Shown: positions 33,624 to 46,079 of the stretch, piece by piece
Layout: each line of letters starts with the position of its first letter
Position numbering within the stretch: position 1 is the first letter of the stretch
Assembly: GCA_023920165.1 (NCBI GenBank)
Contig: CP089277.1
Location: forward strand, 1,674,001-1,738,000
Direction of reading: 5' to 3'
DNA: 64,000 bases
DNA from: Curvularia clavata
Taxonomy: Eukaryota
Translations under genes and position numbers: made by a program
Notes under the pieces: generated by a model
Databases searched by the model: none
What the model was told of the DNA's origin: nothing
What the model saw: only the letters and a program-made list of their open reading frames with translations

Positions 33624-34004
33624 CTAAAGGAGTAGCGCCCCTAATGTTGAGCCCACCAGGTGCCAGAAGAGGATTGTGTATCGCGCAACCACGACGTGCT
33701 CTTTTTGTGCTAGGAATGGCACGATGATGAAGAGGACGGCGGCCGTTGGTAGACTGGCGAGGATGGAGGTGCGCAACCCCCTAGCGAGCTGGGCCACTAT
33801 AGCAGAGCAGTGGCCATGGGGCGTTATGGGTATGCACCCGTCTGCGCTGTAGAGGACGAGGAATTGGAAGACCGTAAGGATGAGTGTCGCTGCTAACAAT
33901 GCATATTCTATGCGGGCATAGCGGCGTTGGTCTTTGGTAGTTTCGTGGTTGGGCTCTGCAACGGGAAGCAGGGGTGTTTTCTCAGTAAAAGTGGAATACA
34001 TCAT
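33624..34004 (-). CDS. Small hypothetical multi-pass membrane protein (126 aa)
   Basis: ATG ORF, more GC-rich than its flanks, EKTPLL N-terminal motif and three hydrophobic segments; no recognised family. Confidence 0.5.
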   Translation of the reverse strand: MMYSTFTEKTPLLPVAEPNHETTKDQRRYARIEYALLAATLILTVFQFLVLYSADGCIPITPHGHCSAIVAQLARGLRTSILASLPTAAVLFIIVPFLAQKEHVVVARYTILFWHLVGSTLGALLL

Positions 34005-36232
34005 GATAGAAAGAATATTTGTTTGGGTTGTTTTTTATGTTTTGGTCATTGAATATCTCTGCATGTGGGCATCGTCCGGATATTATATGCCATGCCCTGC
34101 CATGGCTTGTCTTGTGCTATCCACGCGTTTTGGCCAAGTATAAACAGGCATATTGAGATTCCTGGTCTTGGAACTGGGCCGATGAAACAACCGGACCCCA
34201 TTGTCCGACATGGCAATCTTGGCCCTCATCGCCTTCGCGTGTGGATCCTCGTTTCGAGAAACCAACGCTACCCAAACGTTAACTGAGCTGTAAATAGTCA
34301 TACCTATGCAGACTTGTGCTGCACGCCAGTTTATGTCTTTTCATGTGTGCAGCAGCTTCAGGGGAACGAAGGGATGGCAGATATAGCCCTGTCGTCACGA
34401 CCTCTTGGCTGACCTCATATTGGCTCGTCTAATTTCCAGTTATTGTTTTCCGGCATTTTAAATCCAGATTCATCTGCCGACGCGTCATAGGCTGGGGAAA
34501 AAGTGGTCAAGCAACACTTGTCTAACAACAAGACCGTTTGTCTAGAACCTATACGCCAAAACACAAGGTCAAAACACCTAACGGGTTTGCGCAATAAATT
34601 TTGTACACGTCGCATAAGGAATTAGAAGATCTTAACTTAACAGCACAGAGTACTTCAGTAGTATGTGATACACATTCAGAAGTTCTTCCGCCTCTTTCTC
34701 GGCCCTACCAAGACAATAACTCCCTTTCAGAACGCCACAGGAGGTTGCAAGATTGCGACGAAGTCTACTCTGGTCCTTCATTCTCCATGTGCTACTGTAC
34801 ATCATCCAATAATGTGGCTTTTCCAACCAATAAACAAAAGTAAGAATCATGTCCGCACACATGTTTCCTCACGGTCCAAACATCTCCAGCGCAACGCGTA
34901 GTTCGCTCACCAACGACTCGTAAACAAAGGAAGAAGGAAAAAAAAAAGAAACGCACTCAACGCGTCTGCATTCAGCAAAGGGTCCATTCTAGCATTGGCC
35001 TACTTTGCATGTTCTTCTTCGTTTCAGCCACCCGAATAAACGTAGAAAAACAATTCTTGCTCGGCACATTTCCCTGTCGCAAACAAACCCTTTTCCGCCA
35101 CAGAACTGTAGTTCATGTCAATCTTACAATATGCATTCACCTTGACAGTCACCTCAGATATACACGTAAAGCCTAGATAATAGTAGTTCACTAAGGGGAC
35201 ACTGATGCCCACCTTGACACTCTACCATCTCACAATGTTGCACCACTCTAAGCCTCGCTGGACCACTGTTCCACTTGCCAGCGCATGCTCCCAATATAGA
35301 TCGTGTGCACGTTGGTGCTCTGCGTTGGAAGGTGGTCGAAGATCGGCGGTGGTTGGGGGAGGGAATTGGGTAAGTGTAAAAAGCTGTGATTGTACGAGTA
35401 CACATGTGTCTGGCAAGAGTTTCCGCGAATCAGAAGCAAGAGACATCCAAAAGCAAGTTGTTTCAAGACTTTTTCGTAGCTTGCAAATGAACTGAACGGC
35501 GAGGTTGTATCGTAGAAGCTTCTGCAAACCTGGTAGGATAAGTCGTGTGGCTCGTGGTCTTGTATGCCTTGAGGAAATCTCGTCTGGTTGCGACTTCATC
35601 CCAGTGCGCATCATCAGCTAAGATTTTTTTCTCACGTACATTCATAAAAGAGAACTGTGATCTGAGGAACACACAGACCTTATTCAGAAACAATCGTTTG
35701 CTTCCCATCTCCAGAATGCACAGTCACAGTCACACCGCAACCAGCCTCTCCCGCATGGATCCTCTTTCCCAAAACTCAAAACTCGGACTCACGTGTTCTA
35801 TGGTGGTCAGTCCTTACAGCCAATGGTGTTGGTGCGTCAATCCGGATTGTCATAAAAAAGCAAATACTGCAAAATAATAGTCAAGTGAACACATCTGTAT
35901 TGAGACCGTGCATGAAAGTTGTTGTGACTGAGCAGTTTTATACAAAGGAGGGCGGATAGCAGCAGCCTCTTCTCACTAACATTACACCAAGATCTTGCGA
36001 CTAGCTCGTGTTCTTTTGCAAAGTACGTACATAATATTACGCGTTGGAATTTGCGCACTGAATTCATAGAAGCATACTTACTCACCGTCCTTATGTACGG
36101 CTGCTTGTTATTGTTACTGACCTGACAACAGGACGTCGAGTATTCGGTATTCTACAAGGAATTTCCACGACATACGACAGCAACAACTTCACTCCATTGC
36201 TTTTCCCTAGAGTCGGTTTGCGACTAGAGAGG

Positions 36233-37282
36233 ATGAGCCGTCTTTCCAAGTCAGCCCTTGCTAGAAATGATACAGCAACAAGACAAGCGACGGTTGCTAG
36301 TCTACAACTCAGACCAACAATCATTGCGTCGTCAATAGGTCGGCTGTCAGGCTACAATGGCTCGTTGACCAACGCATCATCAACACTGCCTTATCAAACA
36401 GGCTTTTCTACACGGATAATTTCTGCTACCCCTTCATCGGCACTCACAACACCGCTTTCCTACACAAACCATTCAACGACAGCAGTCATCATATCTCTAC
36501 CGACACATACGACGCCAGTTCTCTACACAACAAAGACTTTGGAAACGAGCATCTCCTCTCCCACGTCAGATCTTACACTTACAGCAGATTCGCCGATGCC
36601 TACCTTGGAGCAAGCCCATGGGATGTCATTGGAAACAAAAGTAGGTATAGCTTTGATACCATTCGCAGCGGGACTTTGCATTTGGGGCATGGTTCTCTAT
36701 TACTTGTGGCGAAGACGCAGGATGCATGAATCACACCACAAACTCGAGTCGCTGCAGATACCGCTCCCTGAGAAGTCTCATTGGCAAGCGCTGCCATTAC
36801 TGAGTGAGAATATCAAAGGCGGCAGGATCTTTACTGTGACCGCTTTTCATAGTTCCGATAATTGGGGGAGTGAAGCACAGGTGATTGGCCTAGGTTCTAG
36901 GGAAGGCCTTCACGAAACAGCATCGGCAACACCACCGCCTGTACGCAGAGCACCATCGGAGAGGAGAGCGGAAGCTTGGCGCCAGTGCTCGCCAATTCGT
37001 GAAGAGACCCCTTCCCAACTCAAACGTAGCGATACAACAAGACGAAGCCTAGGAGCGGAAATCTCTGACTTATGGCCATCACCGCCACCGACGGCTTGGG
37101 CGAGGCGCCAAGACCTTCTCAACCAACTGCCTTTGTCAAGGTTTGGTCGAGATATAAACAGACCAAGGTCACCAAGATCACCGAGATCACCGAGATCACC
37201 GCGTTTTAGCAGTCGAAAGTCACAGCGGGATATGCGCGACATAAATAGGCCGTCGGTTGCTGAAAATTGGCCCTTGCTATGA
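36233..37282 (+). CDS. Ser/Thr-rich single-pass membrane protein with Arg/Ser/Pro-rich cytoplasmic tail
   Basis: Ser/Thr-rich N-terminal half, TM segment VGIALIPFAAGLCIWGMVLYYLW followed by RRRR, and repeated RSP; start uncertain. Confidence 0.65.
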   Translation: MSRLSKSALARNDTATRQATVASLQLRPTIIASSIGRLSGYNGSLTNASSTLPYQTGFSTRIISATPSSALTTPLSYTNHSTTAVIISLPTHTTPVLYTTKTLETSISSPTSDLTLTADSPMPTLEQAHGMSLETKVGIALIPFAAGLCIWGMVLYYLWRRRRMHESHHKLESLQIPLPEKSHWQALPLLSENIKGGRIFTVTAFHSSDNWGSEAQVIGLGSREGLHETASATPPPVRRAPSERRAEAWRQCSPIREETPSQLKRSDTTRRSLGAEISDLWPSPPPTAWARRQDLLNQLPLSRFGRDINRPRSPRSPRSPRSPRFSSRKSQRDMRDINRPSVAENWPLL

Positions 37283-37721
37283 GTCATGCCTGAAGTATTC
37301 CAGCGGGGTTCTTACTGGGCTTTCGTTACGATTAGACAATCTTCTGAACAGTTCACTGGTATACCCCATTTATGTTGAGGCGTTTGGTTCAGCAAGACTT
37401 TCACTTATACACGATGTCTGTAGTCATGTTAACAATTAAATTCCTAATGGCATGGCCAATTGACACACCCTAAAATATTTCCAATCTCCCCGTGCTCCCA
37501 AATGCAAATCAGGCATGGTGTGCTCGCGACTGGTGCTCAGATCAGCATACCAAGGCCTGGCGTCTACTCATGGTGTGGTGTCTATTAGCGTGCGCATGGG
37601 CACGCGATTCCGGAGGTATCAATATTTGTAGGAACTGTTGGCTGCGTTCGAACAGTTCTTGAAGGTGCCTGCCACTGTATCTTTACATGGCCTTAGTGGT
37701 AACTCGGCATCTCGGCGGCGC

Positions 37722-38220
37722 TCAATCGCTGGAAGCGCATCCTCGACAGCCACAGTTGACGCATTGAATTTCCTGGTTTTCATTGAGCTGATCTCTCGGA
37801 ACACGGCATATGCAGGTAGACCGGAAGTTCGTTTCCTTGGTTTGGATACAACGCGTGCAGCATAGCTAAGTTGTGTTATTTTGTGCTCCCTGTGAGTGAA
37901 TACGAGTAACTCACCTTCTCGTAGCCTTGTTTCTTCCACTTGGCAATCAGCATAGCGTCCGCATATCCGTTCTTGAGCAGGTAGTCGTATAGTTGTTTGC
38001 TGATAGCCTCCTTCTCGTAGTATAGGTCGTAGATGTAGCGCGAGCGCTGGTGGGTGATTTGAAAAATTGGCCATGTCATCTCGTACTTTTTCTTGCCCTC
38101 GTGTGAGGCGTTCTCGGCATCCTTCATCTTGGTCTGAAATTCTAGGAGCGTGTCTTCGATATCTTCGAAGCCCTCGGGCGGAGCCTTGCGCGAGGCGCGT
38201 GCAGTGCGAACGGGAGGCAT
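37722..38220 (-). CDS. BUD31: Pre-mRNA splicing factor Bud31/G10/Cwf14; intron 37866-37914
   Basis: [39 protein letters not shown]...CICRVP...[13 protein letters not shown]. Confidence 0.97.
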
Positions 38221-38480
38221 GGCTGAGTGATGAACGGGGTGGAATGAATATCGAACGTAGCGTTGAACTTGGGTGGAGCAGTCACTGGTACACAGACTGC
38301 GTGCTCTATATTTGTCTAGTTGTGATGCTGTTCGCAGGACGCAAGTCCGTCGACAACTTGTGAATGCGCCGCCAGCCAAATCCGCGCTAACGCCACGGCT
38401 TGGCATTCCACTCCACCTGAGCCGCATCGTCACTGCAACTCCCGCCCTGGGAAGACTTGGAGCTCCGCAACACCGTCAAA

Positions 38481-39196
38481 ATGGTCATCAACCCTACATA
38501 CCTCGCTCAGCGCACGCGCTCATGTGAGTGGAGCATGCAAGTCAAACATTGGGGGGATTCAACGCTAATTCGAGCATAGCGGTCAACTGGACTGATGCAA
38601 AGAAGAGGGTCATTCACAGCTACCGGGACTGGCTGCGAGCGGTACGCATAACCTATACACGCCGGAGACGAAGAATCGAGGCCCCATTTTTCATTCACGA
38701 TAAAATGATTTGTGATGAGGGGATGAGATGCGAGCCGGGGACGCGTTTTACTGGAGAGGGGGCGGCAGCAACGATATTACAAGTATGAGAGGCTGACAGG
38801 AATTACACAGGCTCCCGAGATCCAGACCATGTATTCTCTCAACATGCCAGTATCTCAACTCCGGACGAAAATGCGGCAGGAATTCGAACGGCATAGATAT
38901 GTGAATCAGTTGAAAACAGTCGACGTGCTACTCTTCAACAGCCACCAAGAATTCCAAGTACGGCAAAATCAAGCGCAGGAAACAAGGAAATTGGGTAGGG
39001 CTAATGTGTATTTCAGGAAACGCTTAACTTTTGGAAGCAACTGTCACATGTGCTCAAGTACTTCCGCACCGAAGAAGACCCCAAGGCACGACTACCAAAC
39101 AACTTCATCAACGGCTTCTTGGAAGTACGTATTCGATTACACCCCCTGGTATCGTATCTGCAGAATACTGACTCTTGCTCTTAGGGTCGCAACTGA
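38481..39196 (+). CDS. NDUFA6: NADH:ubiquinone oxidoreductase 14.8 kDa/B14 subunit (LYR family), 5 exons: 38481-38523, 38580-38641, 38811-38957, 39017-39124, 39185-39196
   Basis: Spliced [45 protein letters not shown]...ETLNFWKQLSHVLKYF...FLEGRN*. Confidence 0.93.
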
Positions 39197-39350
39197 TTGG
39201 ACCATCGCTCCCTGAATTCGGAATTGAATGAAGTCCAAGACGCGATATAAATAGCCAAAGACTATACCATTTTCCTTTCCGTTCGCCATTGATCCATGCT
39301 ATCCGTGAACGCCAAAAATGCAATCATGTCGCAAATCCTCTGTTGTGGGG

Positions 39351-39902
39351 CTACTCCTCCATCTTGTTTACAAATTCGTCACGTGCAATAGTGAATTTCT
39401 TCTCAACAACGTCGCACATGGCCATCAAATCCTCCAGGCCCTTTTCCAGCACAGTATAAACACTAACGCCATCTGGGGTTGAATTAGCTTTACTCTCGAC
39501 ATATGTCAAATGTGGAGCGTACCATATGTCTGGATACGCAAGTTCATCTTGGCCTCTGATGGATGCGGGATAGAGTAACCGCAAAACTCGACATCGGGAC
39601 TAGAATGACATTAGCTACGACTCATGTACATGCGTGATTCTCGCGCTTACTTCTTGTGGATGATGTATCGCAGCGCGTTGCCTAGCGTATGATCCTCGCC
39701 ATCAAACTGAAATGATGCCGCGGTTTCTGTTGAGCCAGAAAGCTACAAGTAAAGTCAGACTCAAAGTTGCACATTTTGCCTTAGAGGCTCAACTCACAAC
39801 TCGGATCCTGTCGCGATCGACAGCCGGGTCAATCTCCTCGTTGGTCTCGGAAGTCGGGTCCAAGATCTGGACTGGCGTACTTTCTTGCGTCGCTCCAGGC
39901 AT
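39351..39902 (-). CDS. RPC19: RNA polymerase I/III subunit AC19, 4 exons: 39902-39798, 39742-39651, 39599-39523, 39472-39351
   Basis: [39 protein letters not shown] after splicing three canonical introns. Confidence 0.93.
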
Positions 39903-40247
39903 GACTATTGATTGCTGTTGCTGTTGATTTGCGCAACTTGGAGATAGTGCTGGCACGTGTATAATGTTACTCCGAAGTGATGGCTTGAGGTGAGGCGGCG
40001 ACTTTCACGGTATCTTTGAAATTTTGGGGCGAGCGCGGACTTTGGTTCGGCGATGCGGTGGTTGGCCAGAACTTTTTTTCAGCCCTATATTTCTTGGCGG
40101 GCATGACGTGGGGCGTGGGGAAGGCAAACCCCCTCCAAAAGTCGGCCTAAACTTTTTTGTACAGCATCTCCTTGTTCCTTTGAACCTCCAGTCGACGTCC
40201 GGAACTTAAAGTCATACCAATTCGAGGCTACTGATCCACTGCCCACC

Positions 40248-40952
40248 ATGCCGCGTACCTGCACCCTCAACCGCGATACCAACGAGACTAAGATCCAAGT
40301 CTCCATCAACCTTGACGGTGGTGAACTCGCGCCGTACGAGCACAGCGACTTCTGGGCTGCCATTGACAAAGCCAATCTCAATGGTGAAGGCGAGAAGGTT
40401 GAAAAAGACCATGCTACACAAAAGTCTGCTTCCCAGGAGATTTCCGTCGACACTGGCATCGGCTTCCTCGACCATATGATTCATGCCATGGCTAAGCACG
40501 CCGGCTGGAGTCTGCGCATACGGTGCAAAGGTGACCTCCACATTGACGATCACCACACGAGCGAAGACACATGTCTAGCACTGGGCTCGGCATTCAAAAA
40601 TGCGCTGCAGGGCAGCACAGGACTTGCGCGCTTCGGACATGCGTATGCGCCGCTGGATGAGGCGCTGTCGAGAGCGGTAATTGATCTGTCGAACCGTCCG
40701 TACAGCGTTATCGATTTGGGACTCAAGCGGGAGAAGATTGGGGATTTGAGCTGCGAGATGATCCCACATTGTCTGCAGAGCTTTGCCCAGGCTTCTGGCA
40801 CAACGTTGCACGTGGATTGCATCAGAGGCGACAACGACCATCACCGCGCGGAGAGCGCGTTCAAGGCGCTTGCGGTAGCTATTCGGCATGCGACAACGGT
40901 AGTGAAGCAGTGGGAAGGCGAGGTTAGGAGTACAAAGGGTGTGCTATATTAG
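40248..40952 (+). CDS. HIS3: Imidazoleglycerol-phosphate dehydratase, 234 aa
   Basis: [56 protein letters not shown]. Confidence 0.98.
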   Translation: MPRTCTLNRDTNETKIQVSINLDGGELAPYEHSDFWAAIDKANLNGEGEKVEKDHATQKSASQEISVDTGIGFLDHMIHAMAKHAGWSLRIRCKGDLHIDDHHTSEDTCLALGSAFKNALQGSTGLARFGHAYAPLDEALSRAVIDLSNRPYSVIDLGLKREKIGDLSCEMIPHCLQSFAQASGTTLHVDCIRGDNDHHRAESAFKALAVAIRHATTVVKQWEGEVRSTKGVLY

Positions 40953-41158
40953 ATTCTGGTCTGACAGCCTGGTTCATTGCAAAATCAAAAAAAGAAACTA
41001 GTACAGTTATGTCAAACAAACAAACCATCTCATGACTTGTACACAGACAATTTTCCGGGGATGGAACTCCTCCAACAAATATTCAATAGTAAAGAGATTC
41101 ATCGAACCGATACATTAAGGTTCAGATTGCGCATGAAGTCTGGCTCCTCGGCTTTTGA

Positions 41159-41995
41159 TTACCATGATGGGTTACTTATACTTCCAAGCTGATCTAGAAG
41201 CCGTTGATCCTGAGTTGATGGTTCTTCAACCTGAAAACCAATATTCTTCTGTCGAAGTATTGAGAAGAAGTCGTCAAGGGGCAATCCGCATTGTTCAGCG
41301 GGCAAAACGATTGTCACCCCTTCTTTACCACTCACACTTTCCGAACTGCAATAATCATTATCCAGTACCCTGGCTTTATAAACAGCTAGACGGCGCAGCA
41401 TGCGTTTGTCCCATAAGGATTTCGCATTGAACGGGCTACTGCAAAGCAAAATTCGTATCTGAACCTCTTTGAGGCGGTTCTGTGCCATCCTGGTCAAAGT
41501 GAATGCAATGAATAAGTCTAGATTCTCTTCAGAGTAGCCTGCGTCTCTAGGAAGACGCTCATAGATCTGCTCCCAAGGGACCCCGAGAGACAAGTTACTC
41601 CAATCTGTGATCTGACGGCTTATTTCCGTAGGGCCGTGGTTAGACGAGTTACCGCCGTTGTGTCTAGACAAGAGCCCGCAAAACGTGTCCAAAAAGTTAT
41701 TACGTGGGTAGCACAGCCCAGTAAATGGTCCCACGATAAGGATGGGCAGATAATGCTCGTTAAGATTTTGTAGTTTTGTTTGGACAGATGCGTCTTTCGT
41801 TTCCTGGTAGACAAGCTTGTTGACCAAAAGCAACGGCGTGGGTAGCCTGAAGTACGGCCAGCTGCAAACACCCACAGGCGACAGTTTGATAACGGGCCAT
41901 ATGTACTTGTACACCAGTTCGGGTAAGAACGAGTAGATGTGGCAACGTAGCTCAGGCGGTAAGGCCATAAAACGAGATCCGGGCATGGTCTGCAT
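41159..41995 (-). CDS. Hypothetical protein with N-terminal F-box-like motif, 278 aa
   Basis: SRFMALPPELRCHIYSFL...LLLVNKLVYQE pattern typical of fungal F-box-like orphans. Confidence 0.7.
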   Translation of the reverse strand: MQTMPGSRFMALPPELRCHIYSFLPELVYKYIWPVIKLSPVGVCSWPYFRLPTPLLLVNKLVYQETKDASVQTKLQNLNEHYLPILIVGPFTGLCYPRNNFLDTFCGLLSRHNGGNSSNHGPTEISRQITDWSNLSLGVPWEQIYERLPRDAGYSEENLDLFIAFTLTRMAQNRLKEVQIRILLCSSPFNAKSLWDKRMLRRLAVYKARVLDNDYCSSESVSGKEGVTIVLPAEQCGLPLDDFFSILRQKNIGFQVEEPSTQDQRLLDQLGSISNPSW

Positions 41996-42186
41996 TGAAG
42001 GTAAAGTGGGTATAGCACGCGCAGTCGGCTAGGACGAGGGGAGAGTGGATGTTGTTTCTCCTTAGAAGACCCTGAGGATGGTCCGAGCTCAATCCCGCGG
42101 CGTCGTGAGTGGAGCTCCCAGCATCAACACGCCGACGCCGCCAATTCCCTGTCAACGCCCGCCTTGCTCTCGTCCACGTCGTCGCC

Positions 42187-43605
42187 ATGCTCTCCGGGAT
42201 TCTTATCTTCAACCAAAAGGGCGAGAACCTCATCTTTCGCGCCTTTCGTAACGACTGTCGCCCACGCCTTGCCGATGTCTTCCGCATTCAGGTCATTTCC
42301 AATGCTCAAGTCCGCTCACCCATTCTCACCCTTGGCTCCACCACGTTCAGCCATGTCAAGCACGAAAACATCTACCTGGTGGCCGTAACCAAGACTAATG
42401 CCAATGCCGCCCTGGTCTTTGAGTTTTTGTACCGGCTAGTTGGGCTGGGCAAGGCTTACTTCGGCAAGTTTGATGAGGAGGCTGTTAAGAACAACTTTGT
42501 CCTAGTCTATGAGCTACTGGACGAGATTCTCGACTTTGGATACCCTCAGAATACTGAAACAGATACCCTGAAGATGTACATTACCACTGAGGGTGTCAAG
42601 TCAGAAAGGACAATGGTAAGCTTCTCAATATCCAGCAAGAGAGTGATCGCTGATTATGCAATAGGAGGATTCTTCCAAAATCACCATGCAAGCAACTGGT
42701 GCCCTTTCATGGCGGCGAGCAGACATAAAGTACCGCAAGAACGAAGCCTTTGTCGATGTTATCGAAGATGTCAACCTACTCATGTCCGCAACCGGAACAG
42801 TACTCCGAGCCGATGTGAATGGACAGATCATCATGCGCGCATACCTCTCTGGCACACCGGAGTGCAAATTCGGCCTCAATGACCGACTGACGCTGGGCGA
42901 AGACCATTTGCAACAGCCTTCGGGCAACAAGGCGGGCGCAAAGGCAACAAGGGCAGCAGCTGGCAGTGTCACACTGGAGGACTGTCAATTCCACCAGTGT
43001 GTCAAGCTGGGGAAGTTCGACTCGGACAGAATAATATCCTTCATACCCCCAGACGGCGAGTTTGAGCTGATGCGATACCGGGCCACTGAAAACGTCAACC
43101 TGCCTTTCAAGGTCCATGCTATTGTCAACGAAATTGGTAAGACAAAGGTCGAATATAGCATTGCTATCCGCGCCAACTACGGATCCAAGCTTTTTGCGAC
43201 CAATGTTGTCGTGCGGATACCTACACCTTTGAATACTGCCCGCATTACCGAGCGGACATCTCAGGGCAAGGCTAAATACGAGCCAGAGCACAACAACATT
43301 GTCTGGAAGATTCCGCGCTTCACTGGTCAGAGCGAGTTTGTCTTGAGTGCTGAAGCTAGTTTGACAAGCATGACCAACCAAAAAGCATGGTCAAGGCCCC
43401 CACTAAACCTTAGCTTTTCGTTACTCATGTTCACAAGCTCTGGGCTGCTTGTGCGCTATCTGAAGGTGTTTGAAAAGAGCAACTACAGCAGTGTGAAATG
43501 GGTGCGCTACATGACGAGAGCGGGTAACTATGAGATAAGGTATGTCTTCTCAGCCCCTCTAAATCACGTACATCATGATCTGACATGCTTCACCCCAGAT
43601 TCTAA
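42187..43605 (+). CDS. APM4: AP-2 adaptor complex mu subunit; introns 42616-42664 and 43540-43598
   Basis: MLSGILIFNQKGENLIFRAFR, NNFVLVYELLDEILDFGYPQ, YRKNEAFVDVIE, FHQCV, SFIPPDGEFELM, KWVRY...YEIRF*. Confidence 0.96.
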
Positions 43606-43946
43606 GAAATGAAGCGGTTTGTTTTTTGTGTTACTCGTCGTTTCACACAATTGGTGTTGCATTGCCGGCGTCATGGGGCTCGCTATCTAAGATATCCTTG
43701 AATACAATTGAAGCATTATACTAGCTTGCTGAATGTCATTGCTTAGGAAGGACATACAAGTTAATACAAGTTTCATACACCATTACTCGTCGTGGTGTAA
43801 GATGGTGACAGGCACAAGATCCCTACAAATATCCATCTACACCATATAGTACAGTCACATCATCGCGTAGGCCACCCACTGCCTCTGTCCAGACGCCGAG
43901 CTACTCAATGCTGGGCGACACAAAAATGCATGCTTACCGAGCCCGC

Positions 43947-45477
43947 CTATTCCTTCTGACCGTACCCCAGCTCTTGTGTAATCCTCCACTCATCACCATC
44001 CACATGCTCATGAGCGCCGGTTTTCTGACGCTTAAACTCTCTCTCGGCAAGTTCCGCTCCAAAGCGCAACAGCTCGCGGTTCTCAGGCGTCAACTCATCG
44101 TGAAGCCGTTTCTTAGACATCTGCGTATCCTTGTGTTTGGCCTTGAGATTGTGCTCTTCTCCTTCCAGGTCGCGGAGGCGTGTTTCCAGGGCAGCGATTT
44201 CGGCCTTGGTCTCGCGAATCTTGGCGTCGTTATCTTGCAACTTGGCTTTGTATGCCTCGCCTTCTGCGTCTGCTTTCCGGTAGGCTGACACAAATTGAAT
44301 AGGTGACTGGTAGTGTGGCTCGCTGTCTTTCTGTTGTTTTGTGACCTTAGATGCCTATAACGTGAGTTGAAGTAAAGGCAAAGAGGGACATGGAGAGACT
44401 TACGAGTGGATTGTTTAAGCCTTTATCTTCGGAAACTGGTTTTGGTGTCATCGGCGCGATATTCACCCTACTGGCATCTTGGTGGACTGCGAAGGGATGC
44501 CGCGATCTCGGGCCGCTGGACGGAGAACGAGCTGTAGAGGTCGGTTGAGGAAGCATTTTCTTTTGAAAAGCTCTCTTGTACTCCTCAACATGCTCTGATT
44601 CTGAGAAAAGCTCTGTGGGCGTACGTGCAATGTGAGACTTGAAGCTTTGTGGCGTCGCAGCACGGCGCGGCTGTTCAGGAACGAAAAGGCTGTCGTCGTC
44701 TTCGAAAGGCAGGGGGCGAGTTGGCTGTGTTGAAGCACTGCGTATGGATGAACGATGTGGTATACTTCGAACTGCAGCCAAAGCTGAGGGCGTGTCTGTT
44801 CTTGGTCCATTTGCTGGCGTTGTCATCTCTGCTTTCAGTTGATTTATTGGTGTGTTTGTCGTTGCAGCTTGCGGTGCAGTGAATGACGGCCTCCTCGGCA
44901 ATTTCGCATTAGGGGCCGATTCATACTCCCTCTCTATTTGATTGTTTTTGGCTACGTTTTCAGCAAACTTGCGTGCGACCTTGCATGCTGCAATCAGCTG
45001 TGATGCGAAACGGGCGTCGACTGGCCATGGCATCTGGGGATCGACCTTTTTGACCATGAAATAGTACTTGATAACAGCACGTAAATGTGCTATATCTATA
45101 TGCCCTAATAGCTTCAGACACTTGAAAGCATTTGCTGGGTTGGACTGCCGCATGGCATCCTCGACTGTGATGCCACCCAGAAGACGTCCGGTACGATCGA
45201 AAAGGTTGAAGCGGTGTTCTGGCCACCGATCTTCAGCACAGGACTTGTTCAACAAAATCCAGACTTCTTCTCCTCTCTTGTTGCCTTCTTGAAGCTGTCC
45301 GAAGAGGATGCGAAGGGGTAATGAGTTTGGGCGCTCGCGCTTCTTGTCTTCAAACGTTGCTTCATAGATCTTGTCTGTGGGCAAGTATTGAAGAAGTGAA
45401 GCATCCGCGCCCATGGCAGTACGCGTCTCTCGTAACCCTTTCTCAGCAAAGTCTTCCATTTGAGCGGTCGTGGCCAT
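43947..45477 (-). CDS. Uncharacterised protein (paralogue A): N-terminal globular domain, disordered linker, C-terminal coiled coil; intron ~44355-44403; probable 5'UTR intron ~45518-45556
   Basis: 376-aa ORF joined via GTAAGT...TAG to the in-frame 43947-44291 coiled-coil ORF. Confidence 0.75.
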
Positions 45478-46079
45478 TTAGGCCTGCTTGCTGCACCCTT
45501 GTGATGTTGCTCAGTCACTGTATCCCTACACGATGATTAGCCTTTATGAGACTTACGTTGTGCACGTTCTTGGCAGACTGTACCTTTAAGCTGTTGTATT
45601 ATGGCTTGAATCGTGATTGCTTCTGGTAGGTCTATGAGATGTTTGTGTACCAGTGGGGCCTTGTGTGACCACGACTAGCGGGACACTAGCGCGTCGAAGG
45701 GTCCGGAGTGAAACACAATTGTAGAATGTCTCTCAACACGTGGAAAGTTGTAAGTGGAGTGAAACGACGTGTAAGTAAGGTCATTGAGACCTGTCATCTA
45801 AGTATTTGCATTCGTTATAGCAGTATTAGTTAGAGCGCATAGTAGGGTGATTCGAGATGTACTAGCTAGTCGAGATGTTCGAAAACCTGGGAGTAGGTAT
45901 GCTTTTGAACGTTTGTGATTATGAGGCCAAGCGCTCTTGTAGCGTCGAGTTAGATGAAGTTTTCACAGTAGCCATACTACAAGCATAACAAATTTATACT
46001 GTTGGAGACTTTGGTCGATACTGTTTTTGCGCTACATACAAAATAATGTCCGCGATAATCGCCAGAGCTCTTGCAGGAT

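Noticed and set aside
31924..36100. Starship insertion at the 5S gene
   Set aside because: The 5S gene is intact; no tyrosine-recombinase (DUF3435) captain ORF, split target or terminal repeats were seen.
38642..38810. Possible C/D snoRNA in the long NDUFA6 intron (GTGATGA ... CTGA)
   Set aside because: The CTGA is part of the branch point, there is no terminal stem, and I could not identify an rRNA-complementary guide.
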